Shown: in pieces, positions 14,081-26,805 of the stretch
Layout: every line of letters begins with the position of its first letter
Numbering within the stretch: position 1 is the first letter of the stretch
Origin: the human T2T-CHM13v2.0 reference genome, Homo sapiens
Length of the DNA: 64,000 nucleotides
Strand: one strand, 5' to 3'
Assembly (NCBI RefSeq): GCF_009914755.1
Contig: NC_060940.1
Notes under the pieces: model-generated
What the model saw: the letters and a program-made list of their open reading frames with translations, nothing else
What the model was told of the DNA's origin: nothing
Database searches by the model: none
Translations under genes and position numbers: made by a program

Positions 14081-14519
14081 AATGCAAATTGAACCCTGTA
14101 TTGTGATCTTGGCCTATGGATGTCTCCTTCTTTTCTAGACTCTAAGGGTGTGGCTACTGTCTTTTATTTTTCTGCAATTTTTGAGTGTTCAGTACAAAGT
14201 TTCATGCATAATAAGTGGTACATCAGTGACTGAAGACATGGGTTATGGCAAAATGAGTCACCAATTCAAGCTAGAGCTGTCCCCACCAAGAATTGTTGGG
14301 CATGGACACTAGATCACGTGGGAAAGATCTCAAATGGAATAATTTGGCTGGAATCTTGGGCCAAGGATAAGGCATGGCCTGTATAACTAGTAAGAACTAG
14401 GGACCAGGGGCAGGAGTCCTTCCTGATGATGTCTTCAGGGCAATCTTCTCCCAAATCCTTTCCACCATAGAATGAATCGATTGTCCCTAAAAACTAAAAT
14501 GTGTAAGCTTGAAGTTAGG

Positions 14520-14690
14520 AACACATTAGCTTGGAGTTAGAGCATGTGGATTTCCATCAAGGCTCTGTTGTTCAGCATCTGTGTGACCCTGAACTAATCT
14601 CTCCCACTTTCTGAGCCTCAGTTTCCCCATTTGAAAAATAAGGAGGTTGGACTAGATTAGTGTCTTTTAAACTCCTTCTCTTCCTTCTCT
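14520..14690 (+). mobile_element. MIR3-like SINE
   Basis: TGTGTGACCCTG...TCTGAGCCTCAGTTTCCCCATTTGAAAAATAAGGAGGTTGGACTAGAT. Confidence 0.75.
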
Positions 14691-15574
14691 GTTCCTTTCT
14701 TATTTGTTCCCTTCTTTCTCCTCTTCTTCTTATGACTATGGTAGCCAAAAACATTTTTCAAATAAATAAATATTCAAAGAACGTTTTGTTTAAAGCGAGA
14801 CTGGGGATCGTGGAGCCTCTGACTATTGAGCTTTCTCTCCTCCCACTACTTCCTATAGTGGCCCAAGAAGCACTTCTAAAGACCCCTGGGATTCCAGCAA
14901 ACCCCATCTGAAGAACCCCTAACCTCTTAGTTTTAGGGCTCTTATGCTACAGTATTCTATGACTCAGGGCAACAGAATTCAAATGGCTTTGATTAAAACC
15001 ATTTCAACTCATCCCCATTAATTATGATTGATATACCAACTGGAGAATAAGTGCATTAATGCTATAATTATCTGTTGGGGATGTTTTATTGATTCTGCAA
15101 TCATATTTTAGTCAGTTTGTATTATTTAGTTTCTGACTTAAATCAGGAAGAAATGGCTATTGGTGAAGAAATTAATCATGTAAATCAAATTGTCATTGAT
15201 GCTTTTAGAAATAAAACTCTAGAACAGGCTGAGCCAAGTCTCTTAATGTCCAATGCTCTTTGCTATGATGATTGATGATTTGCACTGGGAAGAAGGCTTC
15301 GGTTTGTGGCTCCAAGGCTACAGGTGAAACATCAAATCCCCTTTGGGCTTTTACAAGAGTTTTTATCTCCAGCTGAGTCTTCTGGGATCCATCCTTCAAA
15401 TTTCTGCCTTGGATAACAGCAAGGCAGGGCTAATCCTATGGCTTTCTAAGTTCCTGCATCCTCAGGATTTTTTTTTTTTTCTGTCTGAACATTGGTGCCA
15501 CTGCTCCTGAGGCCTTGGGCTCCTTCCTCTCTTGAGGGGATGATGGGGGAGGTTGAGAGAGTGAGACCTCAGGT

Positions 15575-16285
15575 TTGGAATCTGTTTCAGGGAAAATTCT
15601 TAAGGTTGCAGTGATGGAAAACTGGATGCAAACAGACATGAGCAAAAGAAGAAACTGGGCCTCATAACAGAAACATTCAGGGGAGAGTCTGCTTTCAACA
15701 GGGTTTGGTTGAAGCTCAAGAGATGCCACAAGGCCTGATTTCCCTGTATCTCAGGCTGGTTTTCCTCCACATTTGGGCCTTATTTTCAACCTATGTGAAG
15801 GCAAGTAAGGGGCAGCAGGTTCATATTCCTCAATTCCAGCTTCACACCCTAAGGGGACAGTTGCCGCCTTCTCTCCCAGAGCCCCAGACCATGCACCACT
15901 TCTTGCTGGCTCGACTCTGCATTTCCCTCTCTTGTTAAATGTTGATGGCTGTGGGTTGGCTGCAGCTGCTGTGGCTCTGTTTGGCTCTGCCAGGCTCTGC
16001 CAGTCTCCTCATCATGTGTCTTCTCACTCAGGCTGCACGAACAGCCCTAAAGGGCAATAAGATCACTACTGAGGCAGACGGGAAGAACATGAAATGGAGA
16101 TGTCTCACACAATAAATTGTAAGCTTCTGCTGAGATGTGTTCTATGTCATGACCACTCAGATTCTACTGGCCAAAGTCAGCCACATAGCTAAGATGGTAT
16201 CATAGGCATTGAGAAGTACACTCCTTCCTTAGAGACAAATGTGGGTTGATACTTGCAAACGCTAGTAGGATCTACTATATCTCCC
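15575..16285 (-). mobile_element. Old MaLR LTR fragments (MLT1K-like, then MLT1H/I-like)
   Basis: GGTTGCAGTGATGGAAAAC...CTCATAACAGAAA...; CTACTGGCCAAAGTCAGCCACATAGC...GAAGTACACTCC...ATCTACTA. Confidence 0.6.
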
Positions 16286-16899
16286 AATCTATATAAGCTG
16301 GGAGGAGACAGGGGAGCTTTCTGAAAAGAAAAGTGGGGTGCAATTTGCTAGAAGAATGGTAAAAATCAGTCAGCCTCTTCTGATATATTTTGTAACCTCC
16401 CCTATTCAATGTCTGAAATCTCTTCTACTACTCAAGGCACTATCTACCCTCTCTCCCCCAGTGAAGGGGAACTCAGCTTGCAGAGGCAACTTAGTCTGTC
16501 TTTTGACCACTCTGCCAGCCTTCCAGGAGAAAAAGTAATGTAAAAGCTTTCTTCAGCTCAAGCTATTACTATGGGAGGTACCATTATGAGAGTATGGAGG
16601 AAAGATAAGAAATAAAGATCTCATGGCTCATTTTGGGGGCTTCACTAAAAGAAAAAGGAAAGAACGAAGCAGGGTATGGAAGGAAAAAAGCAAGATAAAA
16701 AACATTCTCTGAAGATATCTTTATTCTAATGTATGCAAAGCAATTAAAATGCTCTGCTACTTTATACATCTTCTACCCCAGAGTGATGAATTTGTGATCC
16801 TGAGCACAGGCAAGCTCCCTATTTAGGGCAGAGGGCAGAGTCCTTGATCAATAGGAACACAACTTTTTTCTCTTTCATGTGTCTCTGGATGAACTATTT

Positions 16900-17640
16900 A
16901 CTTACACTTGCTTTTAATTTACTGGCCAACAATTAGAGCCGCCTAACAGGCCAACAAGCTGGCATGATGCACCCAATTATCTTCTGAAAATGTATTTCTA
17001 TGATTGGGGCTTTAATTGCAGCTTAAATCAAATGCTCATGAACCCAGTTACCATCGAGGGAATGAGACCAGCTAATGAAATAATGAGGGCTTTAACTCCA
17101 ATTCAGAGGTAAAGGAACACAGAGAAAGGAGATTGTTCCTTTTTAAAATCTCCTTTCCTCTTATTTTATTTTTTTTTGAGATTGCCTTTGCAAACATTGA
17201 TGTCATAAATCCTACCATAAGGCAGCAATGTTACAAGATGGGCAGCTTGTTTCAATCAGATCACAAATCGAACATGAGCCTGTTTTGTTTCCCGGGATTC
17301 ACTTCCACGTTGCCTGCCTGGATTTGTGTGGGCTCCAAGTTTCTCACTCCCATTACTCCAGATCAAGTGGCTATGGCTTTGGAATTCAAATTTGCCAAAT
17401 GGGCTCTCCTCTCAATGCCTTCACCTGCTGAACTTGGATGTGGAGCGGTACTTGCTTGCAGGGTCACGTGGGGAAGAGATGAGTATCCCTGGGATGGATT
17501 CATTTATGCAGATATGGCAGGAGCCGAGAGCCACAGCCACAGGCATCTCTTCCACTAACTCATGGTGCTTAATTCAGATTACCTCCTTCTTATGAAGAGC
17601 CAATTTGCCAATTATCCCTGAAATTTTTGATTAGGTGCCT
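16900..17640. promoter_or_regulatory. Candidate conserved non-coding element / enhancer
   Basis: No recognisable repeat; many TAAT/ATTA cores, GTCATAAA, TAAATCA. Confidence 0.4.
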
Positions 17641-17869
17641 TTTACCTAAGACAATGTGCCATAGGCTATGGCCTCCTGTGGTTCATTTAGTTCTTTCTGA
17701 AAGATGAGAGAGGGGCTTGGCTGAGAATCACAAACACTCTACCAATTTGATTCGAGCAGGTCTTTATTCCTAGAAGTTCCACATACCTTTGAGTTTGCAT
17801 CTGGACAATGTGTGTTGAAATAGCAACAGCAACAACCATAATAGCTGCCTTTATTTAGTGAAGCTGCTG

Positions 17870-18040
17870 TCTTTTCTAGCTGCAAATTAGTATCACCTTG
17901 GAAGCCTAAAAAATACTGATGCCCACACTCCCACTCCTAGAGATTCCAATTTCATGAGTCTGAGCTGGGGCTCAAGCATCAATATTTTTAAACACTCCCT
18001 AGATAATTCTCATGCACACTGAGAGTTGAGAACCACCAGC
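17870..18040. mobile_element. MER5A MITE nested in a reverse MIR (about 17820-18210)
   Basis: CTGCAAATTAGTATCACCTTGG...AAAATACTGATGCC...AGAGATTCCAATT...GTTGAGAACCACC. Confidence 0.8.
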
Positions 18041-18860
18041 TTTATGACTCCAAGGTGCCAGGAATTGTGCAAAGAGATCTGAACCCACTCTCAATAACTG
18101 GAGTGAAGTATTATTATTTCCATTGCATAGACAAATAAATGACACCCAGAAGTGTTTAGTAACTCACCCAAGATCACTCAGCTAATAGGTGGTGATGACA
18201 GATTATTAGGATGAGGTGCTCAAAAGTGCAGGAAATATATAGGAAGAGGGTATTGGAATTGTTTGAGGTTTAAAGACCAGGGGAGTTGAGACAGCATGAA
18301 AATTGATGGAAGCAACTGGAGAGAGGCAGTCTTCTTTCCCAGAGACAGGTATGAGGTCCTTCATGAGGGGACACACACTAGTGCAACAACTACATACTCT
18401 GTGCCTTCTTCTTGGCAGAAAATGGGGCAATTTACCTGGCCACGATGAAGAACAAGCTCACCCAAGAGGTGGAGAGGTGCCTGCAGAGAAAGTTTCTGGC
18501 TATTTTGTCCCATTCCTGCACCCTCTATCTCTCCTTCCAAGAAAGCTCTTTTTCTCAGGTAGACAAAAATTTTTTTTTCTGCTGCTCTATCGAGGAAGAA
18601 GCCTTTCTATTTTTGTCATTGCAGTCCAAAAGGGAATTGGGAGAGAAATCCAATGGCAACATGGAGAAGACACAGTTGGGAGAGAGAAGGCTCATGGGTG
18701 GCCCTGGAAATGGGTTGGGACTGAAAGTGAATGGAAGATGAAACAGAGGGATGCCTCAGGCTGGCAGTGCAGACAAGGGGAGGGTGTTGTTTTGAATCTG
18801 AATTATTTTGAAAGCCAGCTGGAGAATCCAGCCACCAAGTTTTGCCACAGAGGAGATTAG

Positions 18861-19332
<472 letters not shown>

Positions 19333-19494
19333 AAGTGCCCATATTTTTTTTTAGAGATGTCTGGGCTGTGGATGTAGGAGGAGAGTAGGAAACAGACATG
19401 AATTATCATTTGCCAGTCTCTCTGCTTTGTTCTTGTTCTTGTGCCAAGGATTGCTTTTTGGTGGGAGGAGGACAGTGGTTCTAGAATCCTTAAT

Positions 19495-19575
19495 CTGATT
19501 TGTTTACCTGTGTATCTCCAGTATAATGTCTGGTGTATAATAGGTGCTCAATAAATATATTTGAATGAATGGATA
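19495..19575 (+). mobile_element. L2 3' end
   Basis: TAGGTGCTCAATAAATATATTTGAATGAATG. Confidence 0.75.
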
Positions 19576-20329
19576 AAAAAATGAAGTGGAAGAAAACTGG
19601 GAAAGCCACGGAGTCACCAACCTGGGACTAAGAACATGGTGAGGCCATTCGAAGCAATTTCTCCTAAGACTTCTCCACTAATGTGATGGAATCATAGTCT
19701 AGGTGGAATACGGAATTGTCATGAAATGCCTCAACTTTTATCCTCCATAATTTCCCATGCCCACTTACAAGTGAGATGGGTTAGTGTGGTGAATCAGCAT
19801 GATTGAATATCTTTGTGTGTGACAGGAAATACTACTTCCCTCAAAAAGTTTTGCAAGAATTAAAATACATAGTACATATAGATTGCTGACCAAAGAGCTC
19901 AATGAATGCATTGAGCATGATAAATGCAAAATGAACGGTAGTTAATAATTATCAAGAAGAAGGGTGTGCCCTACCCAGTTGGCCCTGCATACTAAGGATC
20001 AGTTATATGACCTTTTGGCTAGCTAGTTGTATTTCTTCTTTTCCCCCCTTTTCCCCTTTACCATTCATTTTCTTATTCATCTAGCTATAGTACCTACTTT
20101 GTGCTAAGCTCTGAGCTAGATTCTGGGGTATGTGATAATACCCCTGATGCTTTCTGTGGGGAAGACAGAGGTCATATCCCAGGATCCTCCTCTGTAGATC
20201 GTTCCATTCCTATGTGGCCATGGGAAGAGCTGCTCTTCCTGTCACACAACCTCTGAAGGCAGTAACTTGACCCAGCTTGATTGGTGGCATCCTCAATATA
20301 TGAGATGGAGAGCAACTGGTCCTTTACTG

Positions 20330-20910
<581 letters not shown>

Positions 20911-22179
20911 GTCATTAAAAGTCTTTGTGATCTGTCTCTAGACTCCCAGAGGCTCATTTGGGTATCTCTTGGAGCTTTTGGAAGGTGGAATTTTCTGTTC
21001 CAGGTTGGTAAGGGATTCATTTGACAACAGAGTTAAAGAAATCAGCCATAACCAGTGGAGTTGACAGTGTCCTTTTAAGAGCTGGCATGGAACATTTGAT
21101 AAAAATACAGTGAGAGATCAGAGCATAATGAATCACATTTGGGAGAAAATCTCTTTTGAAAAGCCCAGGGTAGGTCATGTTTTTTTCATGCTTGTCAACT
21201 TGGCTGAATAATTTGCTTAAAATAAATGGATGAGAATGGTAAGTTGCAATGTAAGGGAAATGAAACAGACTCCTAGCTCTGTGTGCAACATGCCTCAGCC
21301 TCTGAAGGGTCTGGCGTGGGTGGTGGTGAGCTTTGTGGGTGGGGAGGTGGTTTATGCATTTAGACAGGGTCAATGTCTTGGCATTAGCACAAGATTTCTG
21401 AGCATCAGCACATTAGCCACTTTCCAGTGCAAACAGATTTAATCCATCACTGATGCTGAAAGAAAGCTCTACATCTAAGGTGTGTCATCTTCCCAAATAT
21501 AAGCTAAATGAGTTAATATCTTCTCATTGTTGTCTTTATTAAGCCTTAGTTAAACCATTCTTGGATAATGATGTGTCTTTGTCAGAGGTCTTTTAATAAA
21601 GTAGGTGTTCCTTTATATAATCTCTCTAAGGAGAATGCTGTGGCTTTCAAAGTTCAAGGAACTGCAACATCCAAAATGTAAGTGACCAGGCTAATCCCCA
21701 CCATGGTGAGCCCAGGATTTTAGCAGCAGATCCCCGGGAACAACTCAATATTGTGGCACGGGCTTTGGAGGTAAAATATACAGGCAGCTAGAGTTGGATG
21801 TCCTTTAGGGCATGAAGGGACAGGATGCTCTGGTGACAACGACAATGCAAGCACAGTGCCAATCTCGTCACCATGGGGTATTCAGTTCTCAACTAGTGCC
21901 AAAGCCATGGTATAGCGATGAGTGGAGAAAAACCAGAGAGACTGGTCCATTTCTCTCTGCCTCCACCTGCCTATTAATAGGGATGTGAGGTCCAGGGAAA
22001 TACACATTTGGTTTATTGTTAGTTCAGAGCTTGCTCGCCAGGCCCACCCTGCTAAGGCCAACCCCAGATTCCAGAATTGTTCTTCCTTCATCCTTTTGTC
22101 AAAAATCCCCTTGCTGTCACCTAACCATTTTGCTGTAACAAGCTGATGAACTAATTTATACTAATATAATGATGACGTA

Positions 22180-22885
22180 TGTGGTAAATATCTCTTAAGA
22201 TGACCCCAGTGATCTCCACCTCCTGAAATTTACAGACTCATGTAATCCTGTCCCCTGGAGTAATTTGCTTCTGAGCAACAGAAAACCTCAATGTTGAGGG
22301 GCTGTCACCTTCATGATTAGATTACAAGCTATCACTGAAGCTTCTGACTTGCCAGCAGAGTCTCTCTATTGCCTTCTCAGCTTGCACATTTTAGGTGAAG
22401 CAAGTGTTCATGTTGGAGAAGCCCACGTGGAAAGGAGCTGAAGTTGGTTTCTGCATAAGAGCCAGCAGGAAACAGAAGCTCTCAGCCAATAATCCACAGT
22501 CTTGGGACACTGATGTTGCATCTTCAGAAGGATCAACTCACTACCTGGCAGTGGGGTTTGGAGATGTGCTTGGGGAGTTGGGGCAGACAGTCCATCCTTG
22601 GAGCCTCACTTCTTTTGTTACAAAGGGGTGGTAACCCAACAACTCAAGGATTCCTACCATCTTCTGAGTTTGGAAGCAGATCCCTCCCAGATGAACTTTC
22701 AGATGAGACCCCAGCCCTGGATGACACCTGGACTGCAGCCTTGTGAGAGACCCTGTGGCAGAGATGTGCCACAGCTAAGCTGAGCCAGATTCCTCACCCA
22801 CAGAAACGGTGGGATAATAAACGTATGTTGCTTTAAGCCACTACCTTCCTGGTAATTTGTAGTTTAGCAGTGAATAACTTGTGTA
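22180..22885 (+). mobile_element. MaLR LTR, MLT1E/F-like
   Basis: AAGATGACCCCAGTGATCTCCACCTCCTG...TTGGAAGCAGATCC...CAGCCTTGTGAGAGACCCTG...CCCACAGAAAC...TTTAAGCCACTA. Confidence 0.85.
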
Positions 22886-23339
22886 ACTGACAAAGGTTTA
22901 ACAGGTTACCTGTTCTGGGGGTTAATGCATGTTAACAGGCAACAGCACTTTAACCAAAGAAGTGCGTCTCTAACATGAGGCTTGGAGAGGGCAGATTGGA
23001 CACGACATGGGGCATAAATAGGGAGAGACTGTGGAAGCTTCTAGAGCTTGTTTTTGATGTTTGCCAAAAGAGCCCTCCTTCACTCAGTTGTGTGGATCTG
23101 TTTCTCAGTTGCTTCCCTCTGAAGAAGTTCTCTCCAAATGACAGCTGGTCATCACCCAAGGCTCAGCCCTCCTGTCCTGCAGCAGCAGAATAAATCTATC
23201 TTCTTGAGTTTTCATGCTGACATCTATTTGAATGGCTTCCCATACATTTGCTTGGCAATTACCAATCTACAACTTCTCTCTTTTCCTTATAAATCAACAC
23301 TCTTTCAAAATGGGAAGGCACACTCTGCCAAACCATGTG

Positions 23340-23590
23340 CTTGAGTGGTTAGGAGAATTGGTCTTGGAAGCCTCATTCCCTGCCTCAGTCATGCTCCTCC
23401 CCTTCCTAGCTGTGCAAGGTGACCTTTCAGTACCTCAGTTTCCTTGTTGCAAAGTAGGGTTAAAGTCATGCCGATATCCATGTGGTTGTTATCAAGATTG
23501 AATGCAAATCCCTTAGAACTCAGTATTGCTTTCTTACTAAATACTAAGTAATGATAAGTATTCAGTTAGCATTTGGGATTATTATGACTG
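23340..23590 (+). mobile_element. MIR SINE
   Basis: GAGTGGTTAGGAG...CTAGCTGTG...TACCTCAGTTTCCTTG. Confidence 0.65.
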
Positions 23591-24079
23591 TAACCAATTG
23601 TCTCCTGAAATGCTTGACTGCCCTCGAGGCTTGGACAATAGAATATAGGTCTTCCCTCTGGACCTGTATCATTGTCTCAAGGTTATGGCTTTTTAAAATA
23701 GAGATGAGGATGTACCTGTGTCCCAAAGTTCCACATCTCTTCCTTCCAGAACTCCCTGCTTTCTTCTCCAAGGATATCTGGAGAAACTGGGACCTTATCC
23801 AGCTTTACCTCCCACCTCTGCAACTTGAGTGGATCATTTCTTCCTTCTGGACCTCAGCGTCCTCATCTGTAAGATGGGGCTAAAAGAAGCCCAGTGTTCC
23901 TTGAGGGGCTGTGGTGAGAGGTAAAGAAATGAGAATTTGAAGGTTGTTGGGGGACTGTCTGAGATGAAGTTAGAAGAAGGGAAGCTTAAAAGAAGGCCCC
24001 AGGCCCTGGTCTTCTCATCAGGACCCCAAGAAAGAGTGGTGGTGACTGCCATCTCCCCCAGGACAGTGGGTGCTTGAGA

Positions 24080-24180
24080 CAGAGTCTGGATCTCATCCAT
24101 TTCCAGGCCCAGAACACAGGGGGCACTTGGCAGATGTTTGTTGAATGAATGTCTGAGTGAGTAAGTGAGTTAGTGAGTGA
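24080..24180 (+). mobile_element. L2 3' end
   Basis: GATGTTTGTTGAATGAATG...GAGTGAGT tail. Confidence 0.6.
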
Positions 24181-24981
24181 GAATGTGCCTTTTCTAAGTA
24201 CCTGGGGCTTGCAGGGGAGAGAGCCCCTCAAAGCATGGAGACCTAGTGGTTTGAGAAATAAAGACCTGGTGAATTGGCCTTCTAGCCTGGGCTCAGGTCA
24301 TGCTTCTGCCATACTGAGGACACATTGTGATTTTCATTACAGTTGGAATTTTGGGTGTCAGAGGCCTGGGCCCAGACAGCATGGGTAAGCTGGGCAGATT
24401 TTTCCAGTCCTGCACCTAGAATGGAAGGGATGGGACAGTCTTGCTAACCAAAACACCGAGACTGGTCTCCGGCATGCCTCAAGGTGGAGTGGTGAGTGGA
24501 TGTTTTGATGGTGATATTTGCCTAGGCTCACCACCCAGAAGCCGGGCATAAGAACCTGAGGTTTCCAGGTGACAGTCCAAGGTCCAAGAGAAGGGGGTCC
24601 TGGAAAGCCCTGGGTTGAGGCCTGGCAGGAAGTTTCCTTGTTGCTGGTGGGGATCCCAGGCAGACAGCTATGACCCTGCCTTGGCCCTTGTCACACTGAA
24701 TAGCATCATGTGACCTCCCAGAGACAGAATGAGGGTCCTGGAAGGGCAAAGGTCTTGGCTGGTTTGTCTGGGGCCCCAGTGCCAGGGGCTGGGAGTGGAT
24801 AACAAATAAATAGGCGAATGAACCAATGCACAGAAGGAGGGTGTGGAGAAAGCTCAGGTTTTCTGGAAAGGACAACAACCCGGAAGCTGGGAGACTCCAC
24901 CTCCTGCATGACTCTGGGCCAATCATGTTCCTTGCTCTGTCCACGATTTCATCCTCTGTAAGGAAGGGGACCACTTCGATT

Positions 24982-25212
24982 GGGTCTCAAACTGGGGGCC
25001 CACAGACCACACCAGGTCCTAAATGTGTTTTATTTGGCCAGCAATAAATTTAAAAATATAAAATTTGGATGCATTTAGGCAGGGGACACATGCTATTCAG
25101 TTGTCCACAGTAGCACTTCTCACTAGTATATAATCTCACTAGTAGGCCCTGACCACTTTACAACTTTATGAGGTCTGCTTGGGGCCATAGGCATCTGGAT
25201 TTGCTAGCCCTA
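24982..25212 (-). mobile_element. MER102-like hAT MITE (short form)
   Basis: GGGTCTCAAACTGGGGGCCCACAGACC...ATGTGTTTTATTTGGCC...GGCCATAGGCATCTGGATTTG. Confidence 0.6.
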
Positions 25213-26717
25213 GCATCAGAAGTCTCTAGGGGTTTGGGGTTTGGCATGCTAAAATTCTATTAAAGCAAGAGGGATAATCAATAGAGTAAAACAGAAGAAA
25301 AGGAACAGAAAGAGAGAGAAAGAAAAAGTATACAGAAAGTGGAGGACAAGGACAGGGAAGTGGGAAAAGAGACATGGGAGAAGAAAAGTTTTTTTCCCAA
25401 TAGTCACCCTCACCTATCCCTTGGGTCAAAAGAAAACCCATGGCCACCTCAGAAGAAAAGAGCATAAAAAGAAGAAGAAAACAACCCACCCCCTTTTTAA
25501 AGCAGCTCTGTGCTGGACTATATTTAAAATAAAAATGAGTTTCACGATATGCAATATAGTCTGACTGATGTTTACAAAACTGATGTACTGAGCTCACAAG
25601 ATTTACCACTCTGCATCACCAATGGCTTTTGCAAATACATAGTCTCTCCCTCCAAAACACATAACATCATCTTTCAAATAGAATTTCCATTTGTTCTTGC
25701 TTCTCTTGGCCTGGAAGACGCTCCCTTTCTCGGAGCTTCTAGACACTGCCCAGGAGGCCTGACCATGGGCTGGGACTGGGGTTGCACCCATTGCTGCTCC
25801 ACAAGGAGTCAGCCTTCTTTGGGGGTCAGCATATCCTTCAGGTTCGAGTGGCTTTGGGGAATGACACAGACCTTGCCTCTGGGGCTCCCCATTGCCACAG
25901 GGGTCCAGGCTGTTTCTGCATCCAAACCCAGGAGGAGCCCAGGGATGGGAGGGGCAGAGCCCAGAGCTCCTGCAGCCCTGGCCAGGGTGCTGAATTATTA
26001 ATGTTCATTTCAGTTATCCTTTGGTTCAGCAGAAATATGACAAAGCAATCCCAGATAATGAAATCACCCACATTTTCTGCTGTTCACACCAGGCTTTCGG
26101 GGATAAATTTTGCCCCCACCTTCCCAGTGCTGATTGAGTTACATGTTTACGGGTGGGGGTTGTAACTCCCAAGTTATTGATCGGTGTGTAGTACATAGAT
26201 TAGAGTGACCTAAGGACCCTTACTTCAGCAGGTCAGTGACTGTTCATAGCCAGCCAGTGGAAGAGGAACCTCTGCAGAACAAACAACTGCCATTTCACAG
26301 AGGGTCTCTGGGGGGACCACGCAGCCCTGGCCCAGCCCGGAAAATCACCATTTTTCTCCCTGCTCCTCTCTCTCAATCTACCTGCCACTGAACCTTCACA
26401 CTGCGAATGCCATCTAAGGCTCATCAAAATGCTTTTATAAGGGGGAGAAGGGATTTTCCTACAGTTATGCTGCTTTCTTTTCAACCTTTCCCATCTCTCC
26501 CTTCTGCCATCTCTTTGTGGCCATTAATGTAAAAAAAAAAAATCAAGTTCACAATCCAAGCAATCAGAAAGCAAAAATTACAATGAATCATTCGGAAATT
26601 CTGGGGTGCCAAATCAGGTCTAACTGACTTTCCAGTGGGCTGAATCTCACACTCAGTCATGTTTTGTTTCCTCGTGGTGATCACATCACCTCCAAGGTGA
26701 TGCAGAACGCCAATTTT

Positions 26718-26805
26718 AGTTGTCTACATTTTAAAATTGGGAATATCACATCAATATCCAGAAGTACGATTTCTCCTGTAATATCAGAAGATCTGGCTAA
26801 CCCAA
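26718..26805. mobile_element. Charlie-type DNA transposon fragment
   Basis: ACATTTTAAAATTGGGAATATCACA...ATCAGAAGATCTGGC. Confidence 0.5.

Noticed and set aside
18303-18860. Longest ORF (185 aa) and nested 109-aa ORF
   Set aside because: Non-ATG start, no recognisable domain, no clear exon boundaries; length is compatible with chance in 64 kb
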